Positions 9,174 through 17,826 are shown, counted from the first letter of the stretch. The stretch is DNA of 37,872 bases from a bacterium (GCA_043826475.1 JBDRQG010000045.1:1-37872), one strand, 5' to 3'. The notes: a model not told the origin generated them from the sequence alone. A program made the numbers and translations.

Positions 9174-9581
9174 ATGAAAATACTTGGTCGGCATCTTGTG
9201 ATAGAGCTGTCAAATTGCGATAAAAACAAATTAAATAACCTGGAATTTCTTGAGAAATGTCTGGATAAATCGGTACAGCTATCAGGTGCGACTAAAGTTA
9301 AATCAGTTTTTCACCGGTATAATCCTCAGGGTGTTTCCGGAGTAGTGGTCATTGCCGAGTCACACTGTTCCATTCATACCTGGCCCGAATATGGCTACGC
9401 AGCTATTGATTATTTTACCTGCGGAGAATCGGTGGATCCATACCGTGGTCTCGATTACATAAAAGAGGCTCTTCAAGCCGAGAATGTTCAGGTGACGGAA
9501 CTCAAAAGAGGTATCCCTTCGGAAAAGGATGAAATTATCAGCCACAAACCGGTAGCTATCTCTTTACATAAAGCCATATAG
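9174..9581 (+). CDS. speD: S-adenosylmethionine decarboxylase proenzyme (small pyruvoyl type, SpeH/SpeD class 1)
   Basis: Self-processing and active-site motif VVVIAESHCSIHTWPEYGYAAIDYFTCGE. Length of 135 aa fits. SD AAAGGAG lies 6 nt upstream. Confidence 0.85.
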   Translation: MKILGRHLVIELSNCDKNKLNNLEFLEKCLDKSVQLSGATKVKSVFHRYNPQGVSGVVVIAESHCSIHTWPEYGYAAIDYFTCGESVDPYRGLDYIKEALQAENVQVTELKRGIPSEKDEIISHKPVAISLHKAI

Positions 9582-9593
9582 GAGAATTATTAA

Positions 9594-10763
9594 ATGACTC
9601 CATGCGTTGATTTTAAAATCCTTGAAGGGAGAAAGTCTCATCAGGGGGTGGATATTGCCCGGCTCAAAGATTTATTCGAAGATAAATCTTTATCAACACC
9701 TATGCTAATCCTTTCCCGATCCGGGATTTCACGCAATTACCATAGGCTCAACCGGGCTCTCCCACGCGTTAATATTCATTACGCTATGAAGCCCAACAAT
9801 CACCCGGTATTTATTGAAGAAATTGCTAATGCCGGCGGTAATTTTGATGTTTGCTCCGTTGGCGAGATTGATCTGGTCTCGAATACCAGGATCAACCCGG
9901 CTACTCTGATCCACTCCCATCCGATTAAATCGATTGAAGAATTCGATTATGCCGTGGGTGAAGGATTGGAAATATTCGTTGTGGATAATATCGATGAAGT
10001 CCGCAAACTCGCCCGATATAATCACAAAAAATTGAAAATTATGATACGCTTCCGCTGTCATATAAATAATATTGCAGTTGTGAATCTTCAGTACAAATTT
10101 GGTTGTGTTGATAATGATGTCCTCCCTCTTGCTCAGGCTATAAAAGAAACCGGGCATGAATTATATGGCTTATGCTTTCATATCGGATCACAGTGTATTC
10201 ATAATGAAAATTATGTAACGGCAATCGAAGTAGCCCATTCTTTGATAAATGAACTGGAACTAGCCGGATTCGATATCAGAGTGCTTGATATTGGGGGCGG
10301 TTTCCCGGTGGAATATATCGAACCGGTTCCTGAAATCGAAGAATTCTGTGTGCCAATAAATAATGCGCTTGAGAAACAGATCCGTCCTGGTATTAAAGTC
10401 GTCTGCGAACCGGGAAGATTCATAGCCGCTACACCCGCAACGCTGATTACTTCAATTATTGGCAAAGCCTATCGGGATGGAAAAATCTGGTACTATCTCG
10501 ACGATGGCCTTTATTCGACTTTTTCCGGTATTGTATTTGATCACTGCCAGTATTCTGTCATAAGCAATAATCGGGGCGAAAACGAACTAAGCGTCCTTTC
10601 CGGCCCTACCTGTGATTCTTTTGATGTCATGTACGATGGCATCATGCTCCCGGAACACAACGTCGGCGACCGAATTGCTTTTCTATCGATGGGAGCTTAC
10701 TGTTCGGTTTCAGGATCGAGTTTTAATTCCATGCGCCGTCCTGAATATATGGTAGTTGAATAG
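9594..10763 (+). CDS. Ornithine (Orn/Lys) decarboxylase, alanine-racemase-fold PLP enzyme
   Basis: PLP-lysine motif HYAMKPN, glycine loop DIGGGFP, CEPGRFIAA, substrate-loop GPTCDSFD. It lies between speD and speE. Confidence 0.8.
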   Translation: MTPCVDFKILEGRKSHQGVDIARLKDLFEDKSLSTPMLILSRSGISRNYHRLNRALPRVNIHYAMKPNNHPVFIEEIANAGGNFDVCSVGEIDLVSNTRINPATLIHSHPIKSIEEFDYAVGEGLEIFVVDNIDEVRKLARYNHKKLKIMIRFRCHINNIAVVNLQYKFGCVDNDVLPLAQAIKETGHELYGLCFHIGSQCIHNENYVTAIEVAHSLINELELAGFDIRVLDIGGGFPVEYIEPVPEIEEFCVPINNALEKQIRPGIKVVCEPGRFIAATPATLITSIIGKAYRDGKIWYYLDDGLYSTFSGIVFDHCQYSVISNNRGENELSVLSGPTCDSFDVMYDGIMLPEHNVGDRIAFLSMGAYCSVSGSSFNSMRRPEYMVVE

Positions 10764-10819
10764 ATTATATTTGTCGCTTAAAGGAATAGCATAAAAAAGT
10801 GTATATCAAAGAAGAGGGA

Positions 10820-11671
10820 ATGAGCGATCTCTGGAATGTCTGGTACAGCGAGCTTCACGAGGGGCATTCAGGGCTGACCATCAAAGTTGATAAAATAATC
10901 GAATCGGTCGAATCTGATTTCCAAAGAATCGATGTTCTCCAGACCAGAGATTTCGGGAAGATGCTGGTTTTGTACGGCTCCCTGATGGTCTGCGACAATG
11001 ATAACAATGCCTACAATGAAATGCTGGCTCATGTCTCTCTCTTTACTCATCCTTCACCGAAAAAAGTCTTGATTATCGGTGGTGGTGATTGCGGTACTCT
11101 GACGGAAGTTTTGAAACATCCCGAAGTTGAATCATGCACGATGTGCGAAATTGATAAAATGGTGGTTGAGGTTTCCAAAAAATATTTCCCTAATCTTACT
11201 AAAGGAATCGATGATCCCAGAGCTAAATTGATTTTTGATGATGGTAAAATATTTATTGAAACTACTAATGAGAAATTTGATATAATCCTGCTCGATCTCT
11301 CAGATCCTATTGGACCCGCCGCTGAATTATTCCAGAAAGAATTCCATCAGAAAGTTTATGACTGCTTAAACAATGACGGCATCATGATTGCCCAGTCCGA
11401 ATCTCCGTTTTACAACAAGGAAACCGTCAAAACCCTTTATAAGAATTTTAATGAAATTTTCCCCATAGCAAAAATGTACACCTGCTTTATGCCGATCTAT
11501 CCCTCGACCTATTGGTCATTTGCTTTTTGCAGAAAGAAGTATGATCCAATTGAAAGTTTCGATCAAAACCGCTATGATAAACTGAATCTTGAGACTAAGT
11601 ACTACAACGACCAAATCCACCGCGCCTCATTCGCCCTGCCCCAGTTTGTAAAAGAGATAATAGAGAAGTAG
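10820..11671 (+). CDS. speE: Spermidine synthase (aminopropyltransferase)
   Basis: Motifs IIGGGDCGTLTEVLKH and DLSDPIGPA, with the QSESPF region. ATG at 10820 is preferred. GTG at 10799 is the ORF-track alternative. Confidence 0.85.
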   Translation: MSDLWNVWYSELHEGHSGLTIKVDKIIESVESDFQRIDVLQTRDFGKMLVLYGSLMVCDNDNNAYNEMLAHVSLFTHPSPKKVLIIGGGDCGTLTEVLKHPEVESCTMCEIDKMVVEVSKKYFPNLTKGIDDPRAKLIFDDGKIFIETTNEKFDIILLDLSDPIGPAAELFQKEFHQKVYDCLNNDGIMIAQSESPFYNKETVKTLYKNFNEIFPIAKMYTCFMPIYPSTYWSFAFCRKKYDPIESFDQNRYDKLNLETKYYNDQIHRASFALPQFVKEIIEK

Positions 11672-11702
11672 GGATTATTCCGTGGCTGGCGAACGTTGGT
11701 GG

Positions 11703-11720
11703 CCCACCATTTATGGTGGG
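11703..11720. repeat. Perfect 7-bp hairpin in a hairpin-dense convergent spacer
   Basis: CCCACCA-TTTA-TGGTGGG. Confidence 0.6.
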
Positions 11721-11740
11721 GAAATTTCTTATTCGTGGGC

Positions 11741-11760
11741 GGCAGATGCCCTCATTTGCC
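11741..11760 (-). repeat. REP-like hairpin, AGGG-loop family (minus orientation)
   Basis: GGCAGATG-CCCT-CATTTGCC: an 8-bp stem with one G.T pair. The loop and stem core match the elements at 17055, 18737 and 18786. Confidence 0.6.
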
Positions 11761-11782
11761 CCAAAATGTAATTTAATATACC

Positions 11783-14092
11783 CTAATCACACCCCACTAA
11801 CGGGTCATCCCCGCCTTTGAAAAGATAATTCACCATATAAACGAGATCGGCGACATTGATATCACAGGTATGATCAACATCCCCTACAAACTCAGGATAG
11901 ATTGAAGTTCCCCCTTTGAAAATGTAATTCACCATATAAACCAGATCTGCAATATTCACATCGTGGTCATGGTTGACATCACCCAGCATCCATGTCCAGA
12001 AATCAGGGATATTAGTTGATTGGGTTGTTAGACCATCTTTATCAAATGCTGTTACTTTCCACCAGTAATGAGTACCAAAAAGGAAGGAATCAATTGGAGT
12101 ATATGAAAAGAATAATATTGAATCTATTGTATTAACATAGGTAAAATTGGAATCTAAAGCAATCCTTAGCTTATATCTGACTGTATCAAAAGGATCGGGA
12201 TCATAGGATTGACTCCACATAAAATTAGTAAGCATATCAAACACTGGCATATTGCTTGTATCTGGGGGGAACTGTGCCTGAAATGCTGCTGGAGGTTCCG
12301 GGGTTTCATTTACAAAGAATGCCGCTGAGAAAATATCTGTCCATTCGGAATATTCATATCCGTCAAAAGCCCTTACATTCCAGAAGTACCTCTTATTCTC
12401 TTCAAGCGGTATTGTCACCTGCCATCCGGTTGAATCTGTTGCTTCCGGGATATTATAACCTTCGATAGGGTAAGGCTCACCATAAGTTGTATCAACCACA
12501 CAGAAGAAATCATAGGTCAGGGGATCACCCTCGGCATCAGTGGAATTATCAATCCAGAGTGTCGGTGTAGCTGTTGTAAACAGATCGTTAATAGGTTGTA
12601 TTGGTAAAGGAACTGTGGGGATAGAGTTCATACGAAATGATGTATTATACCAGTCAGACCAGGCTGTGCCATTATGAACCCTTAACCGAAGATAATAGGT
12701 ATTACCATCCATCAGAGCGGAACCTGAATAAGTTATGAATGTATCCGAAGAAACAAAAGGTGCCGGGTTCCACATTTCTGAATATGCCCAGTCATCATCA
12801 GTTCCAACTGCAATTTCGAATTGAGTTTGAATATTTAATCCTGTTGGATCTAAAATATTCCAATTAATCTCCGGATTGTGATTTATTAAATGTAATGAAT
12901 GATTTATATTGTCAACCAATAGAATATTTATAATTGGTACAACAGCTGTATCAAAATAAACATAAGTAAAACCAGTTTGCCACCCCGAACCGCTACCACC
13001 TTGTGAGACGCCATAAGAATTAGCAGAATAATATAGTCCTAATACTTTTCTATCAATATTTTCTATCCAATATCCGGAAGATCTATAAATCATTCTGCCA
13101 TCCCAGGCATTTATATCATTTGTCCAGGATAATACTGGATTTTGATTAATCGTCCATGACTGACCATTATCTACACTTAGTGCTAAATATAGCTCAGTAG
13201 AATCACCACCATTAAGCCTGTGGTTCGGTGATTCAGTCACTAATCCCAATAGGGAATCATTCATATTCACAATTTCCAGATGCCATATTTTCATGGTGTC
13301 ATCTGAAGAAGGGAATTGACAGGTATCAAATGCTAAAATGCTGTAATCAACCGGAGAAATTACATATCTGACTACTCTTGAGCTATCGAGATATGTTTGA
13401 CCAGCGGCAAAAGGCTCAACTATGTAGAGGGAATATAATGAATCATTGCTTATAATTAATGATGGTGATATAAATGCCGAAATATTTTCCTGTTGCAATA
13501 TACTGTCAGATAATATTTTAATTGGAGGATCCCAATCAATTCCATTATTTGTATGGGTGATATAAATAGCATTAGAATCCTTACCTGCAACATTCCAGGA
13601 GACTCTAAAGACTTGAAGCAACTTATTGTTATAGTCATACAAGATATCAGGATCTGATAAATGCAAAGCTTTGAAATCCTTTAAATTATATAGTGGATTA
13701 TATAAAGTATCTACACCATTCGTAAATTCTTCCCAGTCAATTCCATTATTGCTGACGGCAATATGCGGATTCTCATCTGATTCAGAAATACATATAGGTG
13801 TGTATGCCATCCAATATTTAAATCCCCATAAGCCATCTGAAATATATAATACTGAAGGATGAAGAGCATGTGACGCACCAAGACATTGCAAACTATCTTC
13901 TAAATCCCAGCCTGAATAAAATGATGGGAATATTTGATAATCTGAGGCATGCCCTGCATGAGCATATTGAAGATTAAAACCAAGAGACTTAGTATCTTTA
14001 ATAATTGAATTTGAAGTTTGTGAATAAACAAATTCATATGGTATCACCAAAATACATAAAAATGAGAATAATACTTTTAAATACTTTTTCAT
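11783..14092 (-). CDS. Secreted multidomain protein: beta-propeller (glycosidase/BNR-like) + three FN3-like modules + dockerin-like tail
   Basis: Signal peptide MKKYLKVLFSFLCILVIPYEFVYS. Propeller-type motifs (ENPHIAVSNNGIDW, THTNNGIDW, Asp-box SVDNGQSW). Three modules of about 100 aa each end in a Y[YF]W-type strand (NTYYLRLRVHNGTAWSDW, KRYFWNVRAFDGYEYSEW, THYWWKVTAFDKDG). Tail: GDVNHDHDVNIADLVYMVNYIFKGG...GDVDHTCDINVADLVYMVNYLFKGGDDPLVGCD. Confidence 0.7.
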   Translation of the reverse strand: MKKYLKVLFSFLCILVIPYEFVYSQTSNSIIKDTKSLGFNLQYAHAGHASDYQIFPSFYSGWDLEDSLQCLGASHALHPSVLYISDGLWGFKYWMAYTPICISESDENPHIAVSNNGIDWEEFTNGVDTLYNPLYNLKDFKALHLSDPDILYDYNNKLLQVFRVSWNVAGKDSNAIYITHTNNGIDWDPPIKILSDSILQQENISAFISPSLIISNDSLYSLYIVEPFAAGQTYLDSSRVVRYVISPVDYSILAFDTCQFPSSDDTMKIWHLEIVNMNDSLLGLVTESPNHRLNGGDSTELYLALSVDNGQSWTINQNPVLSWTNDINAWDGRMIYRSSGYWIENIDRKVLGLYYSANSYGVSQGGSGSGWQTGFTYVYFDTAVVPIINILLVDNINHSLHLINHNPEINWNILDPTGLNIQTQFEIAVGTDDDWAYSEMWNPAPFVSSDTFITYSGSALMDGNTYYLRLRVHNGTAWSDWYNTSFRMNSIPTVPLPIQPINDLFTTATPTLWIDNSTDAEGDPLTYDFFCVVDTTYGEPYPIEGYNIPEATDSTGWQVTIPLEENKRYFWNVRAFDGYEYSEWTDIFSAAFFVNETPEPPAAFQAQFPPDTSNMPVFDMLTNFMWSQSYDPDPFDTVRYKLRIALDSNFTYVNTIDSILFFSYTPIDSFLFGTHYWWKVTAFDKDGLTTQSTNIPDFWTWMLGDVNHDHDVNIADLVYMVNYIFKGGTSIYPEFVGDVDHTCDINVADLVYMVNYLFKGGDDPLVGCD

Positions 14093-14197
14093 AGATCTAA
14101 CCGCTGCAAGTATTTTAATAATCTAATATAAAAGACTGATTTGTCAATGAAAGTATTTTGTATTAACTTTAAAATAACTTACCCTGTAATAACAAAC

Positions 14198-14239
14198 TCA
14201 CTCGCACCCCACTAACGGATCAGGTCCGCCTTTGAAAAG
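14198..14239 (-). pseudogene. Vestigial 3' end of a dockerin-like tail (LFKGGPDPLVGCE*), out of frame, 8 nt downstream of the live stop codon
   Basis: The minus strand reads CTT TTC AAA GGC GGA CCT GAT CCG TTA GTG GGG TGC GAG TGA. This is nearly identical to the last 14 codons of the 15536 and 11783 genes. The functional gene ends with TAA at 14248-14250. Confidence 0.75.
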
Positions 14240-14247
14240 GATCTTGT

Positions 14248-15441
14248 TTAACATTCTGGTTGAGGACCTCCCTTGAAGAGGTAGTTGACCATATAAACCA
14301 AGTCAGCAACATTAATACCGTCACCATTACCTGTTACATCAGAAAGATATATGGGATCAGGGGAAGGACCACCCTTGAAAATATAATTAACAAGAAAAAC
14401 TAAGTCTGCAACATTAGGTCCAATTCCATCACCATCAGAATCTCCACAAAACACTTCTTTGGAATCATTAAAACTGAATATACCATGATCTGTTGCCAGA
14501 TAAACTGTATTGTGATCTCCAGCACTGACAATCTCAATATCGTGCGCCCAGTTAGCACTGTAAGAATTCTCAATAGTTGAGTCCCAGGGTTGACCCGCAT
14601 CATGAGTATAAAACAGGGTTAGCATGTGACCAGTACTTACACCACCAGTAGAATACAGATAGTTGGATCTTACGGGATCGACTTCAATACTATACAAATA
14701 GAAGTTGTTCACAAGCTGGGGCATCCATGATAAACCGCCATTGTTGGAGAATTGAATGATTCCCTCCATAGCAACCCATATTTGCTCTGATTGAGAAGGC
14801 CTGATGGCAACATCATAACAGGCATTGTCTCCACCGCCATTGATCGGTATAGAATACCAGTCCTCACCCAGATTAGGGGAAGTAAGCAGAAGCGGCTGAA
14901 AAATTATGTTCTCTCCACCACACCAGATGGAGTGATTATTGTTGGGATCAATCTCGACAAAAGCTGAGGCTCCATCGGCTGCATGGACTGTTGTCCAGGT
15001 GTAGCCACCGTCTACAGATCGAGCAATACCTACCCCGGCTGCAAAAATTGTGTCGGGCTGATAATCAGCCATGTCGATCTCATTTATTATTGATACATGA
15101 AACCCACTATCCGATGGAAGCCATGTTGCGCCAGCGTCGCTAGTGCGCCAGATAGCATGATCTCCAAATCTTAGTCCAATGACCATATTATAATTATCAA
15201 TAATCAATAATGCTGAAACCGCCTGCCCCTGCATTCCTACCGCTGTCCAGGCAGAAGGAGGATCCCCTTGAAGCTTATGCCAAACGCCGTCGACTGTTGC
15301 TGCATACATATGATCTCCGTTGACTTTGATTTCATATGCCTTTATATCATTAAGACCATGATTGAGCCACTGACCGAATGAAATCGAAACCAACGTAATT
15401 AAGATCATTAAAACCATCGACAATATAGATATGTACTTCAT
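14248..15441 (-). CDS. Secreted BNR/Asp-box beta-propeller protein (Ycf48/sialidase-like fold) with dockerin-like tail
   Basis: Start set to ATG at 15439-15441, 7 nt after GGAGG (15449-15453), giving signal peptide MKYISILSMVLMILITLVSISFG. Repeated Asp-boxes: SDAGATW, SVDGGYTW, NLGEDW, SNNGGLSW, HDAGQPW. Tail: [26 protein letters not shown]...GNGDGINVADLVYMVNYLFKGGPQPEC. Confidence 0.75.
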   Translation of the reverse strand: MKYISILSMVLMILITLVSISFGQWLNHGLNDIKAYEIKVNGDHMYAATVDGVWHKLQGDPPSAWTAVGMQGQAVSALLIIDNYNMVIGLRFGDHAIWRTSDAGATWLPSDSGFHVSIINEIDMADYQPDTIFAAGVGIARSVDGGYTWTTVHAADGASAFVEIDPNNNHSIWCGGENIIFQPLLLTSPNLGEDWYSIPINGGGDNACYDVAIRPSQSEQIWVAMEGIIQFSNNGGLSWMPQLVNNFYLYSIEVDPVRSNYLYSTGGVSTGHMLTLFYTHDAGQPWDSTIENSYSANWAHDIEIVSAGDHNTVYLATDHGIFSFNDSKEVFCGDSDGDGIGPNVADLVFLVNYIFKGGPSPDPIYLSDVTGNGDGINVADLVYMVNYLFKGGPQPEC

Positions 15442-15535
15442 ATTTAAACCTCCACGAGATATTATGGAGATAGACATTATTATTTATGTGCAACCCTGTT
15501 GTATATATCTATCAATAATAAAAGATATTATTTCA

Positions 15536-16981
15536 TCACTCGCACCCTATCAGTGGATCAGGTCCGCCTTTGAAGAGATAATTCACCATATAAACCAGAT
15601 CAGCGACATTGATATCACAGGTATGATCGACATCTCCGATATATTCAGGGAAGATTGTTGCCCCCCCTTTAAAAATATAATTCACCATATAAACCAGATC
15701 GGCGACATTAATATCATCATCCAAGTTGACATCACCGGGGAGAAGCAGAGCCGCATCTTTGATAACTTTCATGTCCACGTTTGAAGTGTACCAGCCAATA
15801 GAATCACCCTGATTTATGTTTTTACCCCTCCCGGAAATAAGGAGATGCAACTGCCAATAATTTGCCTTTTCTTCGATAAGCGGATGGACCGTATATATCC
15901 ATTGATCCAGCCAGCCCGATCCGGTCAATAATGGTTCATTAAGATTATACCAGTTTTCGAAATCATAGCTGTATCCAAACCAGCAGGTATCCTTGTCCAG
16001 CATCGGGGTTGCAAATCCGACATACAGGCTGTCTGATAATTTGGAAATTTGGGTATGGCGATGATAATTATTACCGGGCAGGGTCCAGTTTAAAATTCCG
16101 ATAGAATAATGATTATCATCGAGGCTACTCCCTTCTAAAATTGTATTTCCCAACGTATTTACCGTATGAAAAGCAGAATCAAGGGTTGATCCCTCCCATA
16201 CGGCCAGGGCGGTTCTGTTGGCTGAAGTATCCTCGTTTACGATTATTATGTACTTATCGTTGTCAATAAATATCGAAGGCGCCATTAATAGCATACTGCC
16301 ATGTTCAGGATAAATATCCGATCCGTTATTAACATAACCATCTATTAATAGAGTGGTATCATCCCAATTTGAACCATTAAATTTGTGGGCATAAATGGAG
16401 TGGATTGAGAGGCTTGATCTTTCAAAACCAGAAGTGTACACAACATTCCGGGTTATTCTGGTTATCATTACCGGGGAGTTGTCCTTGTCAAGCAGCAGAA
16501 CAGGATCTGACATATATGTGCCATAAGCACTTGTAGCCCAGGAATAACTGTGGCCTTCAGGATCATCAAAAAAAGAGGCCGAACATAAGGGATTATGTAT
16601 CTCAGCACCTGAAGTATCAACCAACTCATGCCAGACATTGAGGTCATATAAATTTTCCGTGAAATTCAGGCTGTCATCCATAACATATATACAGGGGTCC
16701 TCACAAAGACTGCTTCCATCAACTAAAGGAGTACCCACAATCCACATGGATGGGTTGTTCATATATCCGCCAGGTATAAAAAGAGGGAAGGTGTGCATTA
16801 CCTGAAAGCTGTCATCAGGCTCGGATATACAGGAATTTGGCACATGGAGGCGGATAAAGGCATTACCGATTGTATCAATCTGGAATAATGGCTGTACCGA
16901 CGGCATAATTGTCGTTTCAGCATTAATACCGGCAGACACTAACAACAAGAGTATTGCTCTAATCAGTACATTCATAACCAT
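15536..16981 (-). CDS. Secreted protein of unknown catalytic type (possibly propeller-like) with dockerin-like tail
   Basis: Signal peptide MVMNVLIRAILLLLVSAGINA. Tail: GDVNLDDDINVADLVYMVNYIFKGG...GDVDHTCDINVADLVYMVNYLFKGGPDPLIGCE, nearly identical to the tail of the 11783 gene. Confidence 0.65.
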   Translation of the reverse strand: MVMNVLIRAILLLLVSAGINAETTIMPSVQPLFQIDTIGNAFIRLHVPNSCISEPDDSFQVMHTFPLFIPGGYMNNPSMWIVGTPLVDGSSLCEDPCIYVMDDSLNFTENLYDLNVWHELVDTSGAEIHNPLCSASFFDDPEGHSYSWATSAYGTYMSDPVLLLDKDNSPVMITRITRNVVYTSGFERSSLSIHSIYAHKFNGSNWDDTTLLIDGYVNNGSDIYPEHGSMLLMAPSIFIDNDKYIIIVNEDTSANRTALAVWEGSTLDSAFHTVNTLGNTILEGSSLDDNHYSIGILNWTLPGNNYHRHTQISKLSDSLYVGFATPMLDKDTCWFGYSYDFENWYNLNEPLLTGSGWLDQWIYTVHPLIEEKANYWQLHLLISGRGKNINQGDSIGWYTSNVDMKVIKDAALLLPGDVNLDDDINVADLVYMVNYIFKGGATIFPEYIGDVDHTCDINVADLVYMVNYLFKGGPDPLIGCE

Positions 16982-17054
16982 AATCCTATGATGCAGAAGA
17001 TATACATAATATAATTAATATCGGCTTTTTGTCAATGTAAGAAGACGGTTCTGA

Positions 17055-17078
17055 CCAGCAGACGAGGGCGTCTGCTGG
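17055..17078 (+). repeat. REP-like hairpin, AGGG-loop family (perfect 10-bp stem)
   Basis: CCAGCAGACG-AGGG-CGTCTGCTGG. Its reverse complement recurs at 18737-18760 with two changes. Confidence 0.75.
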
Positions 17079-17184
17079 TAGAACCTTTGTCGAAACCGCA
17101 GGGGTTTTGAACTTCTAAGATAGTTATAGTTGAAATTTTATCGGTCGATAATTATATAATAGGCATGATTTATGAGATAACTAT

Positions 17185-17826
17185 ATGAGTATTATAAAAA
17201 AACTGAAAAAAGCCCTCAAGGGGATAAATTATGATCTGTTCAAAACCGAGGTAATTACCCCCCCGGCGCCGGCTACAATTGATCATAAAATCAGGCTGGC
17301 CACCGAAGAATACCTGACCCGCGCTGTTGAAGCAGTTAAATCAATACCTAAAAGTAAACTCCCTACTGTTTTAGAACTCTACCAAATGTTTGACCGGTTT
17401 AATCTCCTTTATTTTGAAGGGAAATTACCAAGAGTAACTATAGAATACTCAAACCGGATGACCTCGGCCGGATCTTACACTCCCAAACTGAAACTTATCA
17501 AAATCAGCCATAAGTATCATCATATTTTCCCGGAGGATATTGGTGATACACTTAAGCATGAGATGATCCATATCATTTATCTCAATCACAACAAAGCCTT
17601 CAAAGATTTCGCTAAAAAAATAGGAGCCTCAGTCAAAGCCAAATCTCACCCCTCACTTAGAAGACATCCCCGCTATATCTATGCCTGTCCGAACTGCAAA
17701 ATGGAATACCCCCGCCAGAAACGATTAGTTATGGCTTCCTGCGGGAAATGCTCCAAAGGCAGGCGTTTTGACAAGCGTTACAAGCTGCAACTGGTTAAAT
17801 CGCAGGCTTTATCAAAGAAGCCATAA
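17185..17826 (+). CDS. SprT-like zinc metalloprotease domain protein with a C-terminal zinc ribbon
   Basis: SprT-type N-terminal region (FNLLYFEGKLPRVTIEYSNRMTSAGSY). HExxH motif LKHEMIHI. Cys pairs CPNC...CGKC. Confidence 0.65.
   Translation: MSIIKKLKKALKGINYDLFKTEVITPPAPATIDHKIRLATEEYLTRAVEAVKSIPKSKLPTVLELYQMFDRFNLLYFEGKLPRVTIEYSNRMTSAGSYTPKLKLIKISHKYHHIFPEDIGDTLKHEMIHIIYLNHNKAFKDFAKKIGASVKAKSHPSLRRHPRYIYACPNCKMEYPRQKRLVMASCGKCSKGRRFDKRYKLQLVKSQALSKKP

Noticed and set aside
11741-11760. The AGGG-loop hairpins (11741, 17055, 18737, 18786) as ordinary intrinsic terminators.
   Set aside because: None has a downstream T tract on either strand, and one sits in a divergent promoter region. ahpC already has two canonical terminators upstream of the 18737 and 18786 copies.
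15431-15784. A 117-aa plus-strand ORF with an internal HHINQI[SG]DI repeat.
   Set aside because: It is the antisense reading of the two dockerin-like repeats of the 15536 gene. The internal repeat is an artefact of the repeated tail DNA.
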